Shown piece after piece: positions 1 to 6,937 of a stretch of 9,510 nucleotides of DNA. The translations under genes were made by a program, and so were the position numbers. How positions within the stretch are numbered: the stretch's first letter is position 1; each line of letters begins with the position of its first letter. The DNA comes from an uncultured archaeon. GTDB taxonomy: Archaea > Aenigmatarchaeota > Aenigmatarchaeia > CAYQNF01. The DNA lies in the NCBI GenBank assembly GCA_964418905.1, contig CAYQNF010000028.1, positions 1 through 9,510 of the forward strand, given 5' to 3'. Under the pieces are notes generated by a model. That model did not search any database. It worked only from the letters and a program-made list of their open reading frames with translations, and was not told where the DNA came from.

Positions 1-542
1 ATGAATAACATAGAAACGGCAAAAGCTCCGATAAACGCATAGTAAGGATAGTAACTGAATCCCATATAGAGGAGGATTCCAAGGAAAAATAGTTTCAATA
101 AGGATGTACCAAACTCAAAAATTGCTACCTTTGTCATTTCATACAGACCCTTATAGAAAGAGAGTGTCAGGTTGTAAGCAACCGCAAATGGGAGAAGTAA
201 AACCAAAAGAATCATTATATTATGATCTACTATACCGAACAATGTCCCAATGTTTGGGAACGATACAATAACTAAGGTCAGAACTAAAGTCACTAACATG
301 GAACCGAATACCGTAGGCTTGTAATATTCAATCTTCTTTTTACTTACAAATCTTGTAACTCCAAAAGTGGTATTAAACGTAACAAGAATTAATGCCCAAT
401 TAAATAGAATTAAAAAAATCGCAAACTGGCCATAAAAAGCCGGGGTCGTTGATCCAATTAGGACAAATTTGAATATTAGAGATATTAACTTAGTGGCTCC
501 CATTCCTATTAGTAAAACCAGACCTGCCTTCTTGATATCCAT
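1..542 (-). CDS. Wzx-like oligosaccharide/polysaccharide flippase (MOP superfamily), N-terminal 180 aa only; the gene runs off the left edge of the window
   Basis: Absent from the ORF track because it is truncated. My minus-strand translation from ATG 542-540 is open to base 3: MDIKKAGLVLLIGMGATKLISLIFKFVLIGSTTPAFYGQFAIFLILFNWALILVTFNTTFGVTRFVSKKKIEYYKPTVFGSMLVTLVLTLVIVSFPNIGTLFGIVDHNIMILLVLLLPFAVAYNLTLSFYKGLYEMTKVAIFEFGTSLLKLFFLGILLYMGFSYYPYYAFIGAFAVSMLF. It shows serial TM helices and an N-terminal layout typical of polysaccharide biosynthesis (Wzx) proteins. The ATG lies 7 nt after the stop of the upstream polymerase-like gene. Confidence 0.55.
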   Translation of the reverse strand, partial: MDIKKAGLVLLIGMGATKLISLIFKFVLIGSTTPAFYGQFAIFLILFNWALILVTFNTTFGVTRFVSKKKIEYYKPTVFGSMLVTLVLTLVIVSFPNIGTLFGIVDHNIMILLVLLLPFAVAYNLTLSFYKGLYEMTKVAIFEFGTSLLKLFFLGILLYMGFSYYPYYAFIGAFAVSMLF

Positions 543-549
543 AATTATT

Positions 550-1680
550 CTACTCTTCAATCCTATTATAAGATAAAAATGCTATTGGGACGAATAACAA
601 TAGAAAACCTGTGGGAACTATAAGCAAAAGAACGGAGTGTAAAAACACAATAACATATGTTCTAAAGTCTGAGGCATAAGTTTTCTGCAGGAAATAACCA
701 AGCAATAAACCTACAATCATCATTCCTATCAAACCAAATGATACAAACGGTTCTACTATAGACGGTGTATCGGGAGTAAGCGATCTCCTAACACTATCCT
801 GCTCGCAACCATCTATACTCGAGCAAATAACATTGCCCGCTACCTTATACCTCTCATTGACTGCACCGGCATCGCTTCCGAATGGCCAGGAGTCTTGAAC
901 TGCGTTATCAGCCAAATGACCTGCTATCGCTATCCTATTCTCAGTAGTTCTTATGGTATTTAGATCCCATGTATTCAGGTCTGATACCACCACATACGTA
1001 CTTGCTACGAATATCAAAAGTAAGGCCAATATCGAAATTAAAAATACTTTAGCGTTTTTTCTTAACTCAAACATGAGAAACGTACCAGCCGCAACTATGA
1101 TCAATTTCCTAAAGGTGCTTACGAAAGCAATTAAAATAGAAATTATTTGGAACTTTCTGGATTCTCTTTTATCATAAATAGATGATAAAAACATCAAGTA
1201 AAAACCAAGAGCCAGAGGTCCGAACAGTCCCGGGTTATATCTAACCGAAGGATCCATTATCGGTACTCCAAATATTATGAATGTTATAACTACAATAGAT
1301 AGTCCTATTGAAAATGGGACAAAACCATTTTTCATAAGCTTTAGTTTCTGTATACTATAAAATCCTAGAGCAAGTAAAAAGGCTATTACATAAACCCCAA
1401 ATGTGAACATGGATAATACATGATAAAACGCAGCCAATCCTAGAAGGGAAACAAGTATTATTATCGGTATTTGCATCTTATGTAAAATTCCAGATGTTCT
1501 TATCCCGACAAATATAGAAAATGCAAAAAGTAACCACATTACTAGAGTCTCATAACCTATAGATAAACTGTCGTTAAACTTGAGAAGAGCCGGGTCATTA
1601 ACGAAAACGTATGACATTAAAGCAAATAGAAATACTATAGCAACATACATCTCAGGTCTCATTAAATTTCTCATTTCCAT
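550..1680 (-). CDS. Polytopic membrane protein, Wzy-like oligosaccharide repeat-unit polymerase (paralog B)
   Basis: 376-aa ORF with about 10 hydrophobic helices and one large hydrophilic loop (SDLNTWDLNT...CSSIDGCEQDSVRRSLTPDTPSIVEPF). It shares blocks with the upstream gene: FGVPIMDPSVRY vs GTVPLLEPQLKA, and TPDTPSIVEPFVSFGLIGMMIVGLLLGYFLQKT vs TTTPTVLGIPYFDFGLVGIILLGLLFGYLFTKG. ATG at 1680; an in-frame ATG at 1674 would give a classic ATGA 4-nt overlap with the upstream TGA (1673-1671). A flippase gene follows immediately. Confidence 0.6.
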   Translation of the reverse strand: MEMRNLMRPEMYVAIVFLFALMSYVFVNDPALLKFNDSLSIGYETLVMWLLFAFSIFVGIRTSGILHKMQIPIIILVSLLGLAAFYHVLSMFTFGVYVIAFLLALGFYSIQKLKLMKNGFVPFSIGLSIVVITFIIFGVPIMDPSVRYNPGLFGPLALGFYLMFLSSIYDKRESRKFQIISILIAFVSTFRKLIIVAAGTFLMFELRKNAKVFLISILALLLIFVASTYVVVSDLNTWDLNTIRTTENRIAIAGHLADNAVQDSWPFGSDAGAVNERYKVAGNVICSSIDGCEQDSVRRSLTPDTPSIVEPFVSFGLIGMMIVGLLLGYFLQKTYASDFRTYVIVFLHSVLLLIVPTGFLLLFVPIAFLSYNRIEE

Positions 1681-2726
1681 TTTTCATAACCTACCATTAC
1701 AGCATACAAAACTAAGTAGAAGACTACTATGATGTCTCCTATACCAGTTTCTATAGAAAGTAATAAAAATGATAAATTCAGGGCATGGACAGGTACTAAA
1801 CCCCCTGTTCCGTTTGATCCCTTAGTAAATAGATAACCAAATAACAAACCTAAAAGGATTATACCAACTAAACCAAAGTCAAAGTAGGGTATTCCCAATA
1901 CTGTCGGAGTTGTAGTAACTCCCTCGATACCGGAAATATCTGATATGAGACCTCTAGGTCCCTTGTTTGGACCAGGAGCCAAACCTATAGAAGAAAATAT
2001 ACTTTGCGTCAATACCCCATGACTTTCGCCAAATAACGTTAAATCTTCAGACATGGAAGAGAAGATTCCCATGGTTACGGAAGCTCTAAGACCATAATTT
2101 ATATTCGTAAGGTAAACAAGGAGAAATATCGTACCGACTATCATTAAGACATTTAAAAAATTCCTTCTTTTGCTGAATCTATAGAAAACGAAGAATCCGC
2201 TCAACAATAAGACAAATATCTCAGTCTTAAATGCAGTTAATGATATAGCAAACAATGCCAGTAAAAACCAAATAATTCCCTCGATAAACCTATGTTCTTT
2301 AAGATTTTTCGTAAATAAAATAAGCCCTCCAGGAACTACCAAGAAGGATAACATAGTTAATGGAGGAAATTGTAATGCTTTTAATTGAGGCTCAAGTAAC
2401 GGGACTGTTCCTATAAATGTAAAATTGATAAGTTCGGCAACCACTCCTATTAATAATAACCATTTACCTGTCTGCCATATCCATTCATGTTTAGATTTAC
2501 TCTTTTCCTCAGAGGCTTTGTAAGATCCGATATAAAATGCAACGAAAAATAGAGAATATATTACCAAACTATTAAGACTGAATCCTGAGATTCCTAATAT
2601 TATGAAAAACAAAGTAAAAAACGGAAATATAATATACGGCTTTGTAAGATCCAGCTTATTTAAGTTCGTATTTTCTATAAGACTCATAATTTCTTTCTTG
2701 AATAACTTCTTCTGCTTTTTCATCAT
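1671..2726 (-). CDS. Polytopic membrane protein, Wzy-like oligosaccharide repeat-unit polymerase (paralog A)
   Basis: The ORF-track entry 1671..2747 begins at a TTG. The first ATGs are at 2726/2723 (MMKKQKK...) and 2687 (MSLIENTNLNK...), so I place the start at 2726 with 2687 as an alternative. It has multiple TM helices plus a hydrophilic loop (GLRASVTMGIFSSMSEDLTLFGESHGVLTQ...GPNKGPRGLISDISGIEGVTTTPTVLGIPYFDFG) and is paralogous to the downstream gene. Confidence 0.6.
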   Translation of the reverse strand: MMKKQKKLFKKEIMSLIENTNLNKLDLTKPYIIFPFFTLFFIILGISGFSLNSLVIYSLFFVAFYIGSYKASEEKSKSKHEWIWQTGKWLLLIGVVAELINFTFIGTVPLLEPQLKALQFPPLTMLSFLVVPGGLILFTKNLKEHRFIEGIIWFLLALFAISLTAFKTEIFVLLLSGFFVFYRFSKRRNFLNVLMIVGTIFLLVYLTNINYGLRASVTMGIFSSMSEDLTLFGESHGVLTQSIFSSIGLAPGPNKGPRGLISDISGIEGVTTTPTVLGIPYFDFGLVGIILLGLLFGYLFTKGSNGTGGLVPVHALNLSFLLLSIETGIGDIIVVFYLVLYAVMVGYEKWK

Positions 2727-3402
2727 TACCAGCACCGGTGAAAACAAATACCCTACCGCTAAGAAAGTCTGTTATATTGAGTTCAGAATTTACCTCTTCT
2801 AGATTTTCAGCCAACGATTCGGAGTCAACCGATTCCTTGATTTCTACATACATACCATTTTCAAATGAGACAAAATTATCACCGTTTTGACCATAAATAA
2901 CAAATCCAGTATTTTTCATCTCTTGGAATATTATAGAATTTAATGGCTCTTTTGTGGTAAACGAAATAGCTCCCCTGAACCTCTCACTTTCCTTAAGCAA
3001 AGATAAAAACTCCTCAAACGAGTCGATGTTACTGTAAGAGAATTCTATTGAAATTGGTTCCTCTACGGAGAATGTTATAATATCAGCTCTTATATCCTGA
3101 CTACCCAAAGGCCCCTCAACTAATCTATACCTTTCTCCGTCCCTAACAACAAAAAATCCGCTATTGCCTTCTACTACTTCACCATTTAGATTAACTAGGC
3201 CTTCAGAATCTCTTCCTCTTATATCGGCAGAGACCGAAAAACCTTTTCTAGAAAGTTCATTATATTTTCTAATTGCATCGTATATTCTAACGCCGTCATA
3301 CTGCAGACTATTGTCAGGCTTATTATAAAGAATGACACCTATAGCTGCGATTATTACAATAAATATACCTAAACTCAGTACAATGTTATTTTTCTCTGTC
3401 AT
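2656..3402 (-). CDS. Hypothetical N-terminally membrane-anchored extracytoplasmic protein (orphan, about 248 aa)
   Basis: The ORF-track start at 3417 is a TTG. ATG at 3402 gives MTEKNNIVLSLGIFIVIIAAIGVILYNKPDN..., a single N-terminal TM helix followed by a hydrophilic, acidic domain of about 215 aa with no motif I recognise. A TTATATAAG box lies 27 nt upstream of ATG 3402. It is the first gene of the glycan block. Confidence 0.65.
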   Translation of the reverse strand: MTEKNNIVLSLGIFIVIIAAIGVILYNKPDNSLQYDGVRIYDAIRKYNELSRKGFSVSADIRGRDSEGLVNLNGEVVEGNSGFFVVRDGERYRLVEGPLGSQDIRADIITFSVEEPISIEFSYSNIDSFEEFLSLLKESERFRGAISFTTKEPLNSIIFQEMKNTGFVIYGQNGDNFVSFENGMYVEIKESVDSESLAENLEEVNSELNITDFLSGRVFVFTGAGNDEKAEEVIQERNYESYRKYELK

Positions 3403-3424
3403 CAAAAATAATACCAAAGTAAAT

Positions 3425-3433
3425 CTTATATAA
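3425..3433 (-). promoter_or_regulatory. Candidate archaeal TATA box for the 3402 gene / glycan operon
   Basis: The minus strand reads TTATATAAG, centred about 27 nt upstream of ATG 3402. This spacing fits a leaderless or near-leaderless transcript. Confidence 0.4.
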
Positions 3434-3443
3434 CCCTAAATGG

Positions 3444-3740
3444 TTATTTTTTGACCCCTTTTGTTTCCACAATAACGCCGCCTACAAGCCTAGCAGCAAG
3501 GTTATAGAAAACTGCAATCATAACTCCGGTAAGAAACCCAAATAATCCATATAACAGAGGTAGAACAACAACCATTGTCCCAAATCCAAACAAACCTCTT
3601 AGACCAAATAATGAAACAAAAGCGCTACCAGCAATAAGTCCTGCAACTGCAAAAAGTAATCCCATCAAAGCTAAAAGAACTCCATATATCTTTCCAGCCG
3701 ATAAAACGTCAATGCTTTTCCATTCTACTCTTTTACTCAT
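3444..3740 (-). CDS. Small membrane protein (98 aa), DUF3566-like
   Basis: ATG at 3740, TAA at 3446-3444. Sequence: MSKRVEWKSIDVLSAGKIYGVLLALMGLLFAVAGL...MIAVFYNLAARLVGGVIVETKG. The N-terminal x-V-x-W-S/K...K-hydrophobic helix and the C-terminal YNL-x-A-x-LVGG-x-x-V-E motif match my memory of the DUF3566 family, known mainly from Actinobacteria. This was not searched. Confidence 0.55.
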   Translation of the reverse strand: MSKRVEWKSIDVLSAGKIYGVLLALMGLLFAVAGLIAGSAFVSLFGLRGLFGFGTMVVVLPLLYGLFGFLTGVMIAVFYNLAARLVGGVIVETKGVKK

Positions 3741-3780
3741 CCGAAATACCTAACTATATTATTAATTAAAATTATTTAAG

Positions 3781-4122
3781 TTACTTTAAGGACATTGAAC
3801 CCGTAAGCTTGTCCAACTTCTCTCCCTTATCGGGACCCAAACCTAGGGCCGTTATTGTACCCGAAGGAATTTCAGTCTTTCCTGCATCCTTGACTAGAAA
3901 AGTAGCAACTCCTTCTTTCTTTGCAAGGTTCCAAGCGTCAAGCATCTCATTTTTGTTTTTTGCCTCAACTACAACTTTCTTAGAACCTGAACTATTCCAA
4001 GTCTCTCTCTTGTCTTTATCACAGTTCCTGTACGCCCCAACTGCAGCATGCGCTACCTGGGCTGCTAATTTACCAGAAGATAAATTCAAATCCTTTCTTA
4101 CAACTATAACCTGTTTATACAT
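3781..4122 (-). CDS. pth2: Peptidyl-tRNA hydrolase, archaeal/eukaryal type (Pth2)
   Basis: The ORF-track start at 4140 is a TTG. ATG at 4122 gives a 113-aa protein MYKQVIVVRKDLNLSSGKLAAQVAHAAVGAY...KKVVVEAKNKNEMLDAWNLAKKEGVATFLVKDAGKTEIPSGTITALGLGP. This is the canonical Pth2 layout (VVRxDL...GKxxAQxxHAA; DAGxTxIxxGxxTxLxxGP). The ATG lies 1 nt after the TGA of the upstream IMPase gene. Confidence 0.92.
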   Translation of the reverse strand: MYKQVIVVRKDLNLSSGKLAAQVAHAAVGAYRNCDKDKRETWNSSGSKKVVVEAKNKNEMLDAWNLAKKEGVATFLVKDAGKTEIPSGTITALGLGPDKGEKLDKLTGSMSLK

Positions 4123-4123
4123 T

Positions 4124-4894
4124 TCATTCAACCTTTTCAATTACGTTATCATGTATCTTATTATTACTTGCTAATATATCATTTGAATCTAAATTCCAAT
4201 CATTATTATCAAAATCTGTAACTTTCCCGCCCGCTTCTTTTACGATTAAAGCTCCTGCGGCAACGTCCCATGAATTCAAATCACTCATTAAAAACGTGTC
4301 AAACCTTCCGGCCGCAGTATAACACAACTCAAGTGCAGCGGCCCCGACTTGTCTAAGGTTTCTTACATGTTTAATCAGATTTCTATAATTTTCTCCGGCT
4401 CTTTCTCGTGCTTCCTGACTACCACCGAAACAAAATGATAGGTAACTTCTTTCGAAATCGCTCTGTTCTGAAACATTAATCGGATTCCCATTAACCGTAG
4501 CTCCCTGGTCTCTCTCAGCTCTAAAAATTTCGTTAGTCATGGGAGAATATACAACAGCAAAAACAGGATTTTTGTTCTTAACAAGAGCAACTGAAACATT
4601 AAAAAACGGGTTATGGGTCTTAAAATTAGTAGTACCGTCCAAAGGATCAACGACCCAGACATAATCAGAGTCATGATTCTCTTCTCCGGATTCCTCGGAC
4701 ATTATAGAATGATCGGGAAAGTTTTCCTTTATGGCAGAAATTATAATCTTCTCGCTTTTTGTATCATACTCAGTAACATAGTCGCCTTTGCTTTTTTCTT
4801 TTATTTGTTCTTTCTTCAGATTATCAAATCCTGCTCTAATCATTTTACCAGATTCCAGAACTGCATTTTCTATAGGTTCAAAGTCAAAATCCAT
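4124..4894 (-). CDS. suhB: Inositol monophosphatase family phosphatase (archaeal IMPase/FBPase-type, SuhB-like)
   Basis: 256 aa, ATG at 4894. It carries the IMPase signature motifs: SEESGEE, WVVDPLDGTTNF (metal-binding DPxDGT) and WDVAAGALIVKEAGG (WDxAAG). Confidence 0.9.
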   Translation of the reverse strand: MDFDFEPIENAVLESGKMIRAGFDNLKKEQIKEKSKGDYVTEYDTKSEKIIISAIKENFPDHSIMSEESGEENHDSDYVWVVDPLDGTTNFKTHNPFFNVSVALVKNKNPVFAVVYSPMTNEIFRAERDQGATVNGNPINVSEQSDFERSYLSFCFGGSQEARERAGENYRNLIKHVRNLRQVGAAALELCYTAAGRFDTFLMSDLNSWDVAAGALIVKEAGGKVTDFDNNDWNLDSNDILASNNKIHDNVIEKVE

Positions 4895-4942
4895 ACTACC
4901 ACAATAAATATCAATGAACTAGAACTTATATTGTTGAGGCAT

Positions 4943-5701
4943 ATGGCATTATTATTCAAATGGAACTGGCACGAGAAGAAAAACTTAGCTGAGCTACATT
5001 GTCATACCAACGAGGGGAACGATGCCGATGCTAAGTTTTGCCCAAGCCCAGAAGAAGCCGTAGAAGCCGCAAGAATAAAAGGAATAACACATCTTTGCAT
5101 TACCGATCATAATTCTATAAAAGGTGCCAAAAAGGCCAAAAAATATGTCAAAGAAAAAAAATACGATGACATTGAGATTATAATAGGAGAAGAGATTTCA
5201 ACAGTTGAAAGTCATACGACAGTAAAGAAAGGTCACGTAATCGGACTAGGGCTCAAAAAGAGAATACCTGAAGATATACCAATCGAAGAAGCAGTAGAAG
5301 AAATACATAAACAAGGTGGCGTAGCAATAGCTGCTCATCCGTACACGTACCCAAGAAGATTAGGATTAAGATTCAAATCATTCACATCACAATTTGACGC
5401 AGTGGAATGTTTCAACGCAGTCAATTGGCACCTCCCAGGAGAATGGTACGCAAGAAGGATGTCCAACAAATATGAAATCCCTATAATCTGCGGTTCCGAT
5501 GCACACTCAACCAATGATATAGGAAAATGCGGTATAATATTTCAAGGAGATTTTTTAGATTCCATAAAATCAGGGAAGTTTAAGTGGTTTGGAAGAAAGA
5601 AGAATCCATTTAGCGTATTAAGGTGGTTCTTAAAAACTCAAAGAGAAAAAACGAAAAAAGATAAAGGCCATAAAGCCGACCAAACTGGAACTAGATATTA
5701 G
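4943..5701 (+). CDS. PHP-domain (polymerase/histidinol phosphatase family) metal-dependent phosphoesterase
   Basis: The track ORF 4613..5701 overlaps the IMPase gene antisense. The real start is most likely ATG 4943 (MALLFKWNWHEKKNLAELHCHT...), preceded by GAGG at 4936-4939. PHP motifs are present: ELHCHT, ITDHN, GEE, GHVIGLG, AAHP, GSDAH. A Lys/Arg-rich C-terminal tail follows. Confidence 0.85.
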   Translation: MALLFKWNWHEKKNLAELHCHTNEGNDADAKFCPSPEEAVEAARIKGITHLCITDHNSIKGAKKAKKYVKEKKYDDIEIIIGEEISTVESHTTVKKGHVIGLGLKKRIPEDIPIEEAVEEIHKQGGVAIAAHPYTYPRRLGLRFKSFTSQFDAVECFNAVNWHLPGEWYARRMSNKYEIPIICGSDAHSTNDIGKCGIIFQGDFLDSIKSGKFKWFGRKKNPFSVLRWFLKTQREKTKKDKGHKADQTGTRY

Positions 5702-5937
5702 TTTCTATCCTTTATGTAAGCCCATAAGGTAACACCGATATATGTCGGTATTATATCAGCACCTGGTATTAATTCTATCAACGTAGGTATTGATTTTGTT
5801 TTTATTATTGGAAAAAGTATCAAAGTGGATACTATATCTATAACATCTCCGGCAACCGGAATAGAACCAACAACAAAATAATCCAACGTATCGTTTATTA
5901 TGGCTACTAAAAATGCTATAATCCATTTCTTTTCCAT
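5698..5937 (-). CDS. Small hydrophobic membrane protein (79 aa), function unknown
   Basis: The track start at 5946 is a TTG. ATG at 5937 gives MEKKWIIAFLVAIINDTLDYFVVGSIPVAGDVIDIVSTLILFPIIKTKSIPTLIELIPGADIIPTYIGVTLWAYIKDRN. The two IP-x-x-D motifs (GSIPVAGDVID, LIPGADIIP) recall small DUF4112/DUF1232-type membrane proteins, but that assignment is low confidence. The ATG is 9 nt downstream of the ATP-cone stop. Confidence 0.55.
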   Translation of the reverse strand: MEKKWIIAFLVAIINDTLDYFVVGSIPVAGDVIDIVSTLILFPIIKTKSIPTLIELIPGADIIPTYIGVTLWAYIKDRN

Positions 5938-5946
5938 TAAAATCAA

Positions 5947-6216
5947 CTAGGAAATATCTTTATGCGTTTTATACATAAAGGCCGCATTCTTATTGTGCTT
6001 CTTTAGGACCTTGGTTACCTCGGACATTATATCCTTCGAATCAACCTCTTTTTTCTTTTTGATCCACTTCTTAACATGCTCAGTTACATCTTCGCATATA
6101 TCCTCGGCCTCGTATTCTTTGACGTCGGCACTTAGACAAGCCGCGAAGCAGGAAGCATATACCTTCCTCTCATCAAAAAGTTCCTTATGTCCTCTTCTCT
6201 TTACTATATGATCCAT
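5947..6216 (-). CDS. Stand-alone ATP-cone domain protein (89 aa)
   Basis: The track start at 6231 is a TTG. ATG at 6216 gives MDHIVKRRGHKELFDERKVYASCFAACLSADVKEYEAEDICEDVTEHVKKWIKKKKEVDSKDIMSEVTKVLKKHNKNAAFMYKTHKDIS. This matches the ATP-cone consensus (V-x-KRdG-x-x-E-x-Fd-x-x-K...; C-terminal a-x-x-Y-x-x-h/y). There is no Zn-ribbon (so not NrdR) and no RNR catalytic domain. Confidence 0.8.
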   Translation of the reverse strand: MDHIVKRRGHKELFDERKVYASCFAACLSADVKEYEAEDICEDVTEHVKKWIKKKKEVDSKDIMSEVTKVLKKHNKNAAFMYKTHKDIS

Positions 6217-6223
6217 ATTATCA

Positions 6224-6937
6224 CTATCCAAAGTTTATGGTTCCATTGGCTATAAGCATTAGCAGCCATCCCATTGCTACCAAAAGCAATCCTATTAAGA
6301 GTCTCATATAGGCTCTATTAGACTGCTTCCATTTCTTTATGTCGACTACCTTCTTTCCTCCTGCCACTAGGAATAATATTATGATTAGTGGAGCTACGAA
6401 AATTATATTATAAAGAACAAGCATCCAAAATGCTGCCATATTGAACCCATATTGAGATAAAAGAGTTATTATAGCAAGGTACGGAGCGCCGGTACATGGA
6501 AGCTCTACGGCTGAAACAAACGCTCCCAAAAGCATTACTCCAGGTATAGTTACGTTGGACGAATATTCATGAATCTTACTTGCAGCATTTGCAGGTATAT
6601 GAAGAGACGGTCCCTTACCATACCAGAAGTAATCCTTTATCTCAAGTATACCCGCTCCTATAATTAGAATTCCTACACCTATTGCTATGTATTCTGTTAA
6701 CGCTAGAGGTAATCCTGCCAGGAAATACAATAACCCGAATCCTGCCAGAAGGTAAACTGCGAAAACTGAGAATATGTATAATCCTCCCAGGAGAAGCATC
6801 CTTTTTGCGGATGACTTCTGAGACAGCATAACCGATACCATTAAAATAAGTACGCCTATAGCACAAGGATTAATAGAATCTATTGCTGCCGTAATTGCTA
6901 TAGTTGTTATTGTTGGTAGGTAGGCCTCTACTGCCAT
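6224..6937 (-). CDS. CcdA/DsbD-like thiol:disulfide transmembrane electron-transfer protein (DsbD_2-type, 237 aa)
   Basis: Six predicted TM helices with one Cys in TM1 (AIDSINPCAIGVL) and one in TM4 (VELPCTGAPYLAI), the hallmark arrangement of the CcdA/DsbD-beta family. ATG at 6937-6935 overlaps the upstream TAA (6939-6937) as TAATG. Confidence 0.75.
   Translation of the reverse strand: MAVEAYLPTITTIAITAAIDSINPCAIGVLILMVSVMLSQKSSAKRMLLLGGLYIFSVFAVYLLAGFGLLYFLAGLPLALTEYIAIGVGILIIGAGILEIKDYFWYGKGPSLHIPANAASKIHEYSSNVTIPGVMLLGAFVSAVELPCTGAPYLAIITLLSQYGFNMAAFWMLVLYNIIFVAPLIIILFLVAGGKKVVDIKKWKQSNRAYMRLLIGLLLVAMGWLLMLIANGTINFG

Noticed and set aside
953-1177. 74-aa plus-strand ORF inside the Wzy-like paralog B gene. 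The same class includes 2602..2802 (+), 5993..6211 (+), 7108..7386 (+), 7214..7456 (+) and 9028..9270 (+).
   Set aside because: All are short, lie antisense within longer ORFs that have coherent membrane or domain architecture, and lack start-site context. I judge them shadow ORFs.
3403-3417. Upstream TTG starts used by the ORF track (3417, 2747, 4140, 5946, 6231)
   Set aside because: In each case an in-frame ATG lies 3-7 codons downstream. That ATG gives better spacing to a TATA-like box, or a tight junction with the preceding stop codon, and a more typical protein N-terminus.
3809-4174. 121-aa plus-strand ORF opposite pth2
   Set aside because: It is antisense to a canonical Pth2 coding sequence, has no recognisable motifs, and is a typical shadow ORF.
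4613-4942. 110-codon N-terminal extension of the plus-strand ORF 4613..5701 (MGLKISSTVQRIN...)
   Set aside because: It lies entirely antisense to the well-supported IMPase gene and has a low-complexity, Phe/Ile-rich composition. The PHP domain begins right after ATG 4943, which has a GAGG just upstream. I treat it as read-through of an open antisense frame.
6642-6866. 74-aa minus-strand ORF in an alternative frame inside the CcdA-like gene (Arg/Ser-rich)
   Set aside because: It is fully nested out of frame in a gene with clear six-TM/two-Cys architecture. Its composition looks like frame-shifted translation of hydrophobic codons.
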